Below the pieces are notes generated by a model that saw nothing but the letters and a program-made list of their open reading frames with translations, had not been told where the DNA came from and ran no database searches. A DNA stretch of 64,000 bases. Source: Smithellaceae bacterium (GTDB lineage: Bacteria; Desulfobacterota; Syntrophia; Syntrophales; Smithellaceae). The stretch spans positions 576,001-640,000 of the forward strand of contig CAXXVL010000001.1 in the NCBI GenBank assembly GCA_963667845.2, written 5' to 3'. Made by a program: the position numbers and the translations under genes. Shown piece after piece: positions 47,846 to 57,259 of the stretch (position 1 is the stretch's first letter; each line of letters starts with the position of its first letter).

Positions 47846-50113
47846 ATGGATGCTTGTATGAATCAAGGCGTTTTCATTTCCCGCCCCTTACCGTCAAGAC
47901 TTCTCGGGCTCCTTTCATGGGTCGTGCTGGGCTTCGCCCTGATGCCGGCGGCTTACGCCCAGCCCGAACCGATGACCGACGGCCGTCCCCGTATCGGCCT
48001 CGTGTTGAGCGGCGGGGGAGCGCGCGGGTTGGCTCACGTGGGTGTCATCCAGGTTCTGGAAGAAATGAAAATCCCGATTTCGTATATTGCCGGCACCAGC
48101 ATGGGTGCAATCGTCGGCGGTCTTTATGCTTCCGGGATGTCGCCCGCTGAAATGGAGACGCTGGTCACGGGCATGGCGTGGAATGAAGCCTTCACGGATA
48201 AGCCGCCGCCCAGCGAACTGACCTTTCGCCGCAAGCGGGACGCCGCCGACTACCTGATCAATTTTGATCTGGGCTATAAAGACGGCAAGTTTACGATTCC
48301 CAAGGGTCTCTTGCAGGGACAGAACCTGAATCTGATGCTGAAATCGTTTCTGCTGGGAAAGGAGGGGGTCGATGATTTCGACGCCCTCAACGTTCCCTTC
48401 CGGGCGATCGCGACGGACATCGAAACGGGTGATGCCGTCGTTCTGCAGAAAGGCGAACTGGTGAAGGCCATCCGCGCCAGCATGTCGATCCCCGGCGTTT
48501 TCGCGCCTGTCGAGATCGACGGCCGGATTCTCGTGGATGGCGGGGTGGCCAACAACGTTCCCATTAATATTGCCCGTCAGATGGGCGCGGACATCGTGAT
48601 TGTCGTGGACATCGGCACCAGCCTGAGCACGCGCAAAGAATTGACGTCGTCCGTGGAAATCACCTCTCAGCTTACTTCGATTATGATTCAGCGCAATTCC
48701 GCCCTGCAAATCTGTACACTCACCGACAAAGACATTCTGGTTCAGCCGGATCTGGGCGACATCACCACGGGCGATTTCATGCGCGCTGCGGAAGCCATTG
48801 CCAAAGGAAGGCAGAAAGCGGAAACGATGAAGACGCAGCTGGCGGCGCTCGCCGCATCGGACGCGGAATTCCTGGCGTACCTTGCGCGTCAGAGGGATAA
48901 GAAAGAGGAACCGTCGAACATCGAATCCGTGGAAGTGGCCAACAAAACGTCGCTGCCCACCGGCCTCATTGAAGCGCAGATCGACCTGAAGCCGGGCAGC
49001 AAGCTGAATCTCGCTGATCTGAAGAGGAACATTGACCGCATTTACGGCATCGATACGTTTGAAAACGTCGACTTCCGGATCAGAAAAAAAGATAAAAGCT
49101 CCGCTGTGATCATCGAACCGATTGAGAAATCGTGGGGTCCGAACTATTTCCGGTTTGGTCTGGGACTCGAAGATAACTTCAAGGGGATGAGCAGCTACGC
49201 GTTGACCGGACAGTTCACCAAAACGGCTATTAACAGCCGGGCTGCGGAATGGCGCACCGAAGTGCGCATCGGAGAAAAACCCCGCGTCTTCACCGAATTC
49301 TATCAGCCCATTGATTATGCGCTCTCCTATTTTGTTGCGGCCAGCGCCCAATACCAGGTGAAAAAACTCAGGGACTTTAATGAGGATGGCGATATTACCA
49401 CGGAATACCGGGATACGGCCTTCGAGGGGAGCCTGGACATCGGCCGGCAGTTCGGCAACTGGGGCGAGCTCCGCGCGGGCATGCGCCGGAAGTATGGCGT
49501 CGTGAAAGTGCTGGTCGGCGACCATCACATCGACGAAGATCCCTACAACCGGGGGAGCGTATTTCTCTCGGCCGCCTACAGCACGCTGGACAACTATGTT
49601 TTCCCGCTTGCGGGGACTGACGCCTCCATTACCTGGAATTACAACCTGAAAGTGCTGGGTTCGGATATCGATGAGCAGCAGCTGAGCTTCAAGGTGATGA
49701 AAGCCTTCACCTGGGGCAAGTATACGTTTATGCCGTCTATTGATATCCGCACAACACTGGACAACGACGACCTGGCCGTCCAGGACACTTTCCCGTTGGG
49801 CGGCTTTCTGAATTTATCGGGTTTTTCCACGGACGAAATATTCGGCCGCCATACCGGTCTGGCCCGGCTGCTTGCTTACCGCGAGCTCGGCTCGACGGGG
49901 ATGGGCGCGCTTAAGATGCCCCTGTACATCGGCATGTCGGCGGAAGCCGGAAACGTCTGGAATAAGCGCGCCGATATCAATTTTGAATCTTTGATCCTGG
50001 CGGGCAGCATTTTTCTGGGCACAAAGACTTACCTGGGACCCGTCTATCTCGCTTACGGCCAGGCCCAGCGCGGCCACTCTTCCATTTACCTTTACATCGG
50101 CCAGCGGTTTTAA
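47846..50113 (+). CDS. Patatin-like phospholipase with POTRA and outer-membrane barrel (PlpD/type Vd-like)
   Basis: LSGGGARG, GTSMG and DGG patatin motifs; C-terminal barrel ending YLYIGQRF. Confidence 0.9.
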   Translation: MDACMNQGVFISRPLPSRLLGLLSWVVLGFALMPAAYAQPEPMTDGRPRIGLVLSGGGARGLAHVGVIQVLEEMKIPISYIAGTSMGAIVGGLYASGMSPAEMETLVTGMAWNEAFTDKPPPSELTFRRKRDAADYLINFDLGYKDGKFTIPKGLLQGQNLNLMLKSFLLGKEGVDDFDALNVPFRAIATDIETGDAVVLQKGELVKAIRASMSIPGVFAPVEIDGRILVDGGVANNVPINIARQMGADIVIVVDIGTSLSTRKELTSSVEITSQLTSIMIQRNSALQICTLTDKDILVQPDLGDITTGDFMRAAEAIAKGRQKAETMKTQLAALAASDAEFLAYLARQRDKKEEPSNIESVEVANKTSLPTGLIEAQIDLKPGSKLNLADLKRNIDRIYGIDTFENVDFRIRKKDKSSAVIIEPIEKSWGPNYFRFGLGLEDNFKGMSSYALTGQFTKTAINSRAAEWRTEVRIGEKPRVFTEFYQPIDYALSYFVAASAQYQVKKLRDFNEDGDITTEYRDTAFEGSLDIGRQFGNWGELRAGMRRKYGVVKVLVGDHHIDEDPYNRGSVFLSAAYSTLDNYVFPLAGTDASITWNYNLKVLGSDIDEQQLSFKVMKAFTWGKYTFMPSIDIRTTLDNDDLAVQDTFPLGGFLNLSGFSTDEIFGRHTGLARLLAYRELGSTGMGALKMPLYIGMSAEAGNVWNKRADINFESLILAGSIFLGTKTYLGPVYLAYGQAQRGHSSIYLYIGQRF

Positions 50114-50169
50114 GCCCGCTTAAGCGGGCCGAACGTTAATTCTCCGTGGCTTGCTGTGCGGTGGTTCAT
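50112..50169 (+). repeat. Family A repeat, short form (diverged)
   Basis: AAGCCCGCTTAAGCGGGCCGAACGTTAATTCTCCGTGGCTTGCTGTGCGGTGGTTCAT; overlaps the upstream TAA. Confidence 0.82.
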
Positions 50170-50211
50170 AAAATTTCTCAGATAACGATTAATTGGATTT
50201 TGCCCGTGAAA

Positions 50212-52020
50212 ATGACAAAGCAAGATGTTCTGAAAAAATACTTCGGCTACGAAACCTTTTATCCGCTGCAGGCCCAAATCATCGATCATGTCCTCGCCGA
50301 AAAAGACGCACTGATTTTGATGCCGACGGGCGGGGGAAAATCCATCTGCTTTCAGATCCCCGCGCTCCTCATGGAAGGCACGGCTATCGCCGTTTCTCCG
50401 CTCATCGCACTCATGAAAGATCAGGTGGATGCGCTCACCGCCAACGGAATTCCCGCGGCATTTCTCAACAGCACCCAGACCCAGAAAGAAAACGCAGACG
50501 TCATGCGCAGGTGCCTCGGCGGCGAAATCAAATTGCTCTATGTCTCACCGGAGCGGCTGGCGGCGGCCTCCACGATCGGATTGCTGCAAAAGCTCAAGCT
50601 CTCTCTTTTTGCCGTCGATGAAGCGCACTGCATTTCTTCCTGGGGACATGATTTCCGGCCTGATTATCTGACACTCCATGTTCTCAGAGAAAAATTTCCG
50701 GCTGTGCCGCTTATCGCGCTTACCGCCACGGCCGACCGGGTGATCCGCAGAGATATTCTGCGTCAGCTCGCTATTCCCGGCGAACATCAGTTTGTCGCTT
50801 CCTTTGACCGGCCGAATCTGAGCCTCGCGGTCTATTCGGGGCAAAAACGCATCGAGCAGATTCTCCGCTTTCTGGCCAGAAAGAAAAACCAGCCGGGGAT
50901 TATCTACTGCCTCAGCCGTAAAACGACGGAGCGCGTGGCCGCAAAGCTTACGGACCGCGGCTACCGTGCGGCCTGCTATCATGCCGGAATGGATAACGGC
51001 GATAGAAGCGCCGTTCAGGACGCGTTTATCCGCGACAAGATTCAGATCATCTGTGCGACCATTGCCTTCGGCCTGGGGATCGATAAATCGAATATCCGCT
51101 GGATCATTCACTACAGCCTGCCCAAAAACATTGAAAGCTACTATCAGGAAATCGGGCGGGCGGGGCGCGACGGAGCGCCGGCCGAGACGGTGCTGTTATA
51201 CAGCTATGCCGATGTGAAGACCCATCAGGATATGCTCCGGGATTTACCGCCGGACCGGCAGGAGTTACTTTCGGCCAAACTCGACCGCATGAAGCGCTAC
51301 GCGGAGGCAGATATCTGCCGCCGCCGGATTCTGCTGAGTTACTTCAACGAACAGCCGAAAGAAGACTGCGGCAATTGCGATGTCTGCAAAAACCCGCCCA
51401 GGAAATTCAATGGCACCATCCTCGCTCAAAAAGCGCTGTCGGCGATTGCCCGCACCCACGAAAGAATCAACATGACCACGCTGATCCAAATTCTGCGCGG
51501 CTCACACAGTGCGTTCATCCGGGAAAACGGTTATGATCAGATCAAGACATTCGGAGCCGGCCGGGATATCAAATACAATGACTGGGCGGAGTATATCTTT
51601 CAACTGCTCAATTCCGGCTTTATCGATATCGCTTACGATGAAGGTTATGCGCTGAAACTCAACGACCTGAGCCGGAAGATTCTGAAGGCGGAAATGGACG
51701 TGCTTTTAACCGAACCCGTGGAGATGGAAAAGAAGCTTTCCGCCATCGCCGCGCCGGCAAAAGAACAAGCCCCGGCCGACGGGCTGTTCGAGAAGCTGCG
51801 CGTGCTCCGAAAGACGCTTGCGGATGAGAACAATGTGCCTGCCTATATTGTGTTTTCCGACAAAACGCTTCTGGACATGGCGGATAAGCGCCCCGGGGAT
51901 GAAATGGAGATGCTGGCCGTGAGCGGTGTCGGGGAGCACAAACTCAGGCTTTACGGGGAAATATTTCTGGATGAAATCAGGCGCCATTTGCATGAAGAGA
52001 GCAAGCAGTCGCCTCAATAA
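50212..52020 (+). CDS. recQ: DNA helicase RecQ
   Basis: MPTGGGKS, DEAHC, ALTATA, QEIGRAGRDG, Zn-binding Cys, RQC and HRDC. Confidence 0.97.
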   Translation: MTKQDVLKKYFGYETFYPLQAQIIDHVLAEKDALILMPTGGGKSICFQIPALLMEGTAIAVSPLIALMKDQVDALTANGIPAAFLNSTQTQKENADVMRRCLGGEIKLLYVSPERLAAASTIGLLQKLKLSLFAVDEAHCISSWGHDFRPDYLTLHVLREKFPAVPLIALTATADRVIRRDILRQLAIPGEHQFVASFDRPNLSLAVYSGQKRIEQILRFLARKKNQPGIIYCLSRKTTERVAAKLTDRGYRAACYHAGMDNGDRSAVQDAFIRDKIQIICATIAFGLGIDKSNIRWIIHYSLPKNIESYYQEIGRAGRDGAPAETVLLYSYADVKTHQDMLRDLPPDRQELLSAKLDRMKRYAEADICRRRILLSYFNEQPKEDCGNCDVCKNPPRKFNGTILAQKALSAIARTHERINMTTLIQILRGSHSAFIRENGYDQIKTFGAGRDIKYNDWAEYIFQLLNSGFIDIAYDEGYALKLNDLSRKILKAEMDVLLTEPVEMEKKLSAIAAPAKEQAPADGLFEKLRVLRKTLADENNVPAYIVFSDKTLLDMADKRPGDEMEMLAVSGVGEHKLRLYGEIFLDEIRRHLHEESKQSPQ

Positions 52021-52151
52021 CGATTCAGCCGGTTCTTACGAGCCTGTCAGATATATATCTTCTCCTGTCCTGGCTATTGAATTTTGGTAAAGAAGGCTTG
52101 CTGAAAAATTAATCAATTAATTTGTGTGAGAGGGATGAAAAGAATTTGAAA

Positions 52152-52180
52152 TTGACAGAAGAAGGGAACCGTCGTATACG
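52152..52180 (+). promoter_or_regulatory. Putative sigma-70 promoter
   Basis: TTGACA-17 bp-TATACG upstream of the hydrolase gene. Confidence 0.45.
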
Positions 52181-52344
52181 GCGACCGTCGGCATGAAGTT
52201 CGGATCAGGATAGGTTGGGGAATTCAAGAACTGCCGCAAGCATCCGACAGTCATGCAAACATTCTTTACCGAGGGAGGTCATTTTTCATCGTGTTTTGCG
52301 CCGTTCATCCAATAGCTGAATTCCCTGTTTTGAATAAATGATCC

Positions 52345-53190
52345 ATGGAATCTGAGGCTTTAAAATATCCGTCCGTGCCGATGAATGTCTCCGGGGAGAC
52401 GTCATCATCCATTCTGGTCGATAAATGCTCCATATCCTTTAAAAAAGGCGGTGCCGGACCTCCGCTGATCTTCTTCCACGGCTGGGTAGGCGACGAAGAG
52501 GCTTTCGCGCCCTGCCATGAGGCTTTCGCTAAACATTATACCGTATATAGCCCCGCCTGGCCGGGTTATGGGAAAAGCAGTCCTGTGCCGAATCTTGCTA
52601 TCGAAGATATTGTCGAAATCGCGAGACGCTTCATTCTCGCCACCAGCCATACCCCGGTGACGATTATCGGAAGTTGTCTGGGAGGGGCTGTGGCCATCGA
52701 GTTGATCCGGCTTTATCCGGAACTGGTGGATCAACTTGTCCTCGTCGAGGTGTATGATTATCTGCCCTGGTATATGTATCCGCTGCTCATCCCCTATCTG
52801 AACGTCTTCGTCTATAACCTGGCATTCAAGAGCACGACCGGGTTTCGCATTCTCAATAGTCTTTTGACGACAAAATTTGCAGCGAACGAAGACGGATTTC
52901 GCTACGTGGCGGATGGTTTTCAGAACACAAACACCGGGGCAGCCCTTGATTTTCTGAAGGCCGTTAATCGTTTCGAAGGTCAATTATGCCGGGAGCATTA
53001 CCGGTCGGACGTTGCCACGATCTACGTGCAGGGCGGGAAGAGCTTCAAACCCCTGTATAAATTCAAAGAGACCGCTATTCAATTCTTCCGGAATCTGACA
53101 ATCGTGTCCATGCCGGAATCTTTACATGTGCCGCTCGCCGAGCAGCCTGAGCTTTTCAGCGCCGAAGTACTGCATCATCTCGGCCGCTGA
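52345..53190 (+). CDS. Alpha/beta hydrolase with Cys at the nucleophile elbow
   Basis: FFHGW, PGYGKS, GSCLGG, C-terminal HVPLAEQP. Confidence 0.85.
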   Translation: MESEALKYPSVPMNVSGETSSSILVDKCSISFKKGGAGPPLIFFHGWVGDEEAFAPCHEAFAKHYTVYSPAWPGYGKSSPVPNLAIEDIVEIARRFILATSHTPVTIIGSCLGGAVAIELIRLYPELVDQLVLVEVYDYLPWYMYPLLIPYLNVFVYNLAFKSTTGFRILNSLLTTKFAANEDGFRYVADGFQNTNTGAALDFLKAVNRFEGQLCREHYRSDVATIYVQGGKSFKPLYKFKETAIQFFRNLTIVSMPESLHVPLAEQPELFSAEVLHHLGR

Positions 53191-53386
53191 TTCCTGCGGG
53201 CAATCCATCATTTTTCATTTCTTGCGGCATGCCCGATGAAAGAGCAATCCATTACTCAGGATGAGTAAGTTGCGTGCTTGCTTTTCCCCGCTGTGTCCTG
53301 GTTCAACGGCAGTTTCACCCTCTTTACACTCGGGAAAATCTCATGTACATTGCATCGCAGGCCAAGCGCCGGCAAGGAGATAAAAA

Positions 53387-55570
53387 ATGGATATCAAGAG
53401 TCTGCTCACGCAGGCAAAAAGCGAAGGACGAAAGGCCTTGACAGAGGCCGAGGCCAAACAGGTTTTAAATCTCTACGGTGTTCCTGTTGTAAAGGAATGT
53501 GTAGCGAAAACGCCCGAGGAGGCAGCCGAACAAGCGGAATCATTCGGATTCCCCGTAGTCCTTAAGGGCCTGGGAACGAAATTAACCCATAAAACGGAAA
53601 GAGGGCTTGTCCACCTGAATCTCAAGGACCGCGGGGCAGTGATCGATGCGGCACAGGCCATTGCGCAATCGGCAGGCAGCGATCTGGAGGGTTACCTTGT
53701 GTCACCGTTCGTCAGGGGACGGCGTGAATTTGTCGCCGGTATGTTTTGTGATCCCCAGTTCGGCCCCATTGTCATGTTCGGTCTGGGCGGCATCTTCACG
53801 GAGGCTATGGGCGACGTCGTTTTCCGTGTGGCTCCTCTGGACGAACATGAAGCGGCATCGATGCTGGATGAACTTCGCGCCGCAAAACTTCTGGGTCCTT
53901 TTCGGGGCGATGCGGCCGTCTGTCGTGATGAGATCGTCAAGACGCTTGTTGCCCTCTCCCGGTTGGCCCTGGATTGGGAGGCCATCACGGAAGTGGACAT
54001 CAATCCTTTGATTGTCGGTCCCGACGGCCATGTGACGGCCGTGGATGCTCTGATCATCCTTGGCGAAAGGCCGGTGGAAGTGGCCGCCCGTCCCCCTGTG
54101 GACCCGGGAGAAATCGGCAAAATGTTCAGTCCCAAGTCGATTGCCTTTATCGGGGCATCGGCCCAGCTCGGAAAATGGGGAAACATGCTGATGACCAATG
54201 TTCTGGCCGGCGGGTATGAGGGGGAGATCTATCTGGTCAACCCCAAAGCGGACACAATTGCCGGACGCAAAGTATATAAAACCATCGGCGATGTTCCCGG
54301 TCCCGTCGATCTGGCCATCGTCACCGTTCCGGCTCTCCAGTCGCTCGCGCTGATTCCCGAGCTCAAGGCCAAGGGCATCCGGTACATGCTGCTTATTTCA
54401 TCGGGCTTCAGCGAAGTCGGACCCGAGGGCCGCGAACTGGAAAAGAAGCTGGTTCGTCTGGCCGCCGAAAACGGTGTCTCCGTTTTAGGGCCCAACACGA
54501 TGGGCATCTGCAACCCGCATATCAAATTCTACTGTATCGGAACGCCGTGCTGGCCCAAGGCCGGCTCTATAGGACTTTTATCCCAGTCGGGCAATCTGGG
54601 AACTCAGCTGATGGCCTTTGCCGAAGCGGAAGGCATCGGCATCCGCTCGTTCTGCGGCTCAGGCAACGAAGCTATGATCACGATCGAAGATTACCTCAGA
54701 ACCGCCGCCCTCGACGATGTGACAAAATCCATCATCCTGTATGTGGAAAGCATGAAGGACGGACGGCGTTTCTTCAGAACCGCGCAAAAAGTGTCCCGCA
54801 GAAAACCCGTTGTCCTGCTCAAGGGCGGCAGGACTGCCGCCGGAAGCCGCGCCGCGGCCAGCCATACGGGGGCCATGGCATCCAATATTAAAATTCTCAA
54901 CGCCGCCTGCCGCCAGGCCGGTGTGGTGCTCGCGGACCAGCCCATGGATCTGCTCGATTTGTCCGCCGCCTTTTCATCCTTGCCCCTGCCCAAAGGAAAG
55001 CGCGTCGGCATCATGACACTGGGCGGCGGCTGGGGCGTCGTCACGACGGACCTGTGCATTGAAAACGGTCTGGCGGTTCCGCACCTGACGCCGGATGTGA
55101 TTGCCCAGATCAATCAGATCCTGCCGCCCTTCTGGAGCAAGGAAAATCCCGTTGATCTTGTGGGTGAGATGGGTGCGGATATTCCCGTAAAGATACTGGA
55201 GATCCTGGCCAAGTGGGACCAATGCGATGCCATCATCCATCTGGGCGTTGTGGGCAGGCTCCGCCTGATCGATACCATGATCAAGGCGGCCCGCGACTCC
55301 GGACAGGAAATCCGGCAGGATCTCTACGATTCGGGCATCAAGCTGTATAAGGATTCTGAAGCCGAAGTGTTTCAACGCAGCGCCGAACTGATGACGAAAT
55401 ACGGCAAGCCGATCCTGGGCGTGTTTCTCGATGACGTCCACAGCAAGACCATTACCGAGATTCCCGGCAGCCCTTACAGCGGAATTGCCTTCCTGACGCC
55501 GGAACGCGCCGTCAAGGTGCTCTCCAGAATGGTTATCTACCAGGATTGGCTGAGAAGGGAAGGTATCTGA
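53387..55570 (+). CDS. ADP-forming acetate/acyl-CoA ligase, ATP-grasp domain first
   Basis: HKTE, DPQFGP, DINP, then GAS, GFSE, GPNTMG, SQSG, catalytic SHTG, NPVD. Confidence 0.92.
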   Translation: MDIKSLLTQAKSEGRKALTEAEAKQVLNLYGVPVVKECVAKTPEEAAEQAESFGFPVVLKGLGTKLTHKTERGLVHLNLKDRGAVIDAAQAIAQSAGSDLEGYLVSPFVRGRREFVAGMFCDPQFGPIVMFGLGGIFTEAMGDVVFRVAPLDEHEAASMLDELRAAKLLGPFRGDAAVCRDEIVKTLVALSRLALDWEAITEVDINPLIVGPDGHVTAVDALIILGERPVEVAARPPVDPGEIGKMFSPKSIAFIGASAQLGKWGNMLMTNVLAGGYEGEIYLVNPKADTIAGRKVYKTIGDVPGPVDLAIVTVPALQSLALIPELKAKGIRYMLLISSGFSEVGPEGRELEKKLVRLAAENGVSVLGPNTMGICNPHIKFYCIGTPCWPKAGSIGLLSQSGNLGTQLMAFAEAEGIGIRSFCGSGNEAMITIEDYLRTAALDDVTKSIILYVESMKDGRRFFRTAQKVSRRKPVVLLKGGRTAAGSRAAASHTGAMASNIKILNAACRQAGVVLADQPMDLLDLSAAFSSLPLPKGKRVGIMTLGGGWGVVTTDLCIENGLAVPHLTPDVIAQINQILPPFWSKENPVDLVGEMGADIPVKILEILAKWDQCDAIIHLGVVGRLRLIDTMIKAARDSGQEIRQDLYDSGIKLYKDSEAEVFQRSAELMTKYGKPILGVFLDDVHSKTITEIPGSPYSGIAFLTPERAVKVLSRMVIYQDWLRREGI

Positions 55571-55699
55571 AGAGACTCGCGGATTCTGAACCGGTGAGGG
55601 TGGGATCCCGTATTGGCGGGGGGCTTTTTATCTTTTCCCCGCACGAAGAGGAAGTTCTTGTTCATTGCTCATCCAATTAAATTTATGGGAGGTGTCACT

Positions 55700-56521
55700 A
55701 TGAACGGCACAAAGAAATACGTCACAAAATGGCGTATGTTCTTAATCGTGGGAATCTTCATCCTGTTGATTCTGGGAACGGCACTCGTGGCCTGGTCATG
55801 GGATCGATCCGGCAATAATTATTCCTTTACCGGAGGACGGGTATTGATTGGCGTCAGCTCTCTTACGTGGTCTCATTCAGGTGATGCCAATGCCTATCTT
55901 CAAGTTCACAATCCGGAAAACAATTCCAATAATTATGAAGTGGCGCGGTTCACTGCTAAGCCGGGCAGTAACAGGTTCGCTTATATCACAATAGGAGATG
56001 CTGTTCTTGAGAGCAAGGGTACGCAAGGATATATCGGCTATAGCCCGGGAGAAAGAAAATGGGTTATCGGGACACATTTTAACGGACCAACGATGACTTT
56101 GAAAAGCGCCGGTGAGGGCGGTTATGTGGGTATCGGTAACACCAACCCACTATATCCTCTGCACTTGGCCAGTGGTGCGTATGTTTCAACCGGAGGCACG
56201 TGGACGAATGCCTCTAGCAGGGAATATAAGAATAATGTTCAAGGACTGAAGATAGAAGACGCCATGAAGGCACTTCAGGGACTTCATCCCGTTACGTTCA
56301 GTTACAAGGTATCTCCCGAGGAGAACCACGTCGGGTTTATTGCCGAAGATGTTCCCAATCTAGTTGCAACGAAAGACCGCAAGGGATTAAGTTCAATGGA
56401 CGTTGTAGCCGTTCTCACCAAGGTCGTGCAGGAGCAGCAGAAGACAATCAGGGATTTGCAGGAGAAGAATAGCAGGCTTGCGCAATTAGAGCAGCGGCTT
56501 CTTGTCTTGGAGGGAAAGTGA
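55700..56521 (+). CDS. Membrane-anchored or exported protein with a C-terminal peptidase S74 (intramolecular chaperone) domain
   Basis: VGIGNTNP, SSREYK.N, PVTFSYK, GFIAED, coiled-coil end; N-terminal hydrophobic segment. Confidence 0.85.
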   Translation: MNGTKKYVTKWRMFLIVGIFILLILGTALVAWSWDRSGNNYSFTGGRVLIGVSSLTWSHSGDANAYLQVHNPENNSNNYEVARFTAKPGSNRFAYITIGDAVLESKGTQGYIGYSPGERKWVIGTHFNGPTMTLKSAGEGGYVGIGNTNPLYPLHLASGAYVSTGGTWTNASSREYKNNVQGLKIEDAMKALQGLHPVTFSYKVSPEENHVGFIAEDVPNLVATKDRKGLSSMDVVAVLTKVVQEQQKTIRDLQEKNSRLAQLEQRLLVLEGK

Positions 56522-56534
56522 GCAGTAGAAAGGA

Positions 56535-56594
56535 AATCAACCGCCTCGCAGCAAGCTGCGGAAAATTAACGCTCGTCCCCAAGTGAGCGGGATT
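56535..56594 (-). repeat. Family A repeat, short form
   Basis: AATCAACCGCCTCGCAGCAAGCTGCGGAAAATTAACGCTCGTCCCCAAGTGAGCGGGATT. Confidence 0.9.
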
Positions 56595-56635
56595 AAAAAC
56601 CCCCTTAAGCCTTTCGACTTAAGGGGGTTGTATTT
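56595..56635. terminator. Probable terminator between convergent genes
   Basis: AACCCCCTTAAG/CTTAAGGGGGTT stem preceded by an A-run. Confidence 0.65.
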
Positions 56636-56680
56636 GAACAGATCACGTTTGCCTGTATCTGAATCTGTATTGTCCGCCGA

Positions 56681-56956
56681 TCAGCTCACAATGTTTTTCA
56701 CTGCATCAATAACCGGGTTGGTAAAGAGCGCCATCAGAATGGTGTAAAGAGCGAAGGCGCCGACAACTTCTGCTGTGTACATCTTGTTATACTTCCTCTT
56801 CAGGCTGACTAAAATCAATCCGCCCACAATCAGGCAGCCCAGCTGGAAATACGGGAAATTGGTTGCTCCCGCTGCCGCATATTCGGCAAATCCAAAGGTT
56901 GCCGTTAAGAGAACTACTGCCGCCGCCGCTACGATGGTTCCTAATGTCTTTTTCAT
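56681..56956 (-). CDS. Small membrane protein, unknown function
   Basis: RBS AAGGAGG; signal-like N-terminus plus two TM segments. Confidence 0.75.
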   Translation of the reverse strand: MKKTLGTIVAAAAVVLLTATFGFAEYAAAGATNFPYFQLGCLIVGGLILVSLKRKYNKMYTAEVVGAFALYTILMALFTNPVIDAVKNIVS

Positions 56957-57014
56957 GATCTGTTACCTCCTTGAGGGTAGTTTGTTTTTTGTGTTTCAAT
57001 TGCCTTTTTACTAA

Positions 57015-57030
57015 TGAAAAGTCCGTGCCA
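57015..57030 (-). promoter_or_regulatory. Possible sigma-54 promoter
   Basis: Minus strand TGGCACG-GACT-TTTCA: perfect -24 box, -12 box deviates (TTTC for TTGC). Confidence 0.4.
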
Positions 57031-57259
57031 AAATTTAACCAAGGCTAAAATACATAGGTAACAATTCAATATATAACAATATTTTCAGATTTCCTGCCGG
57101 CCGTTAAAATCGAAAAATATTCTTTTCATGCATTTTCTTTCAATGAAATGTTCAACTGCTTAAACGAAATGTGGAAAAATAAAACGGGAACTTTTTTCAT
57201 CTTTCCTTTGTCTAAACTTTAAAATCGCCAAAAGCGACATTTCGCAAAGGAGGCTTGAT

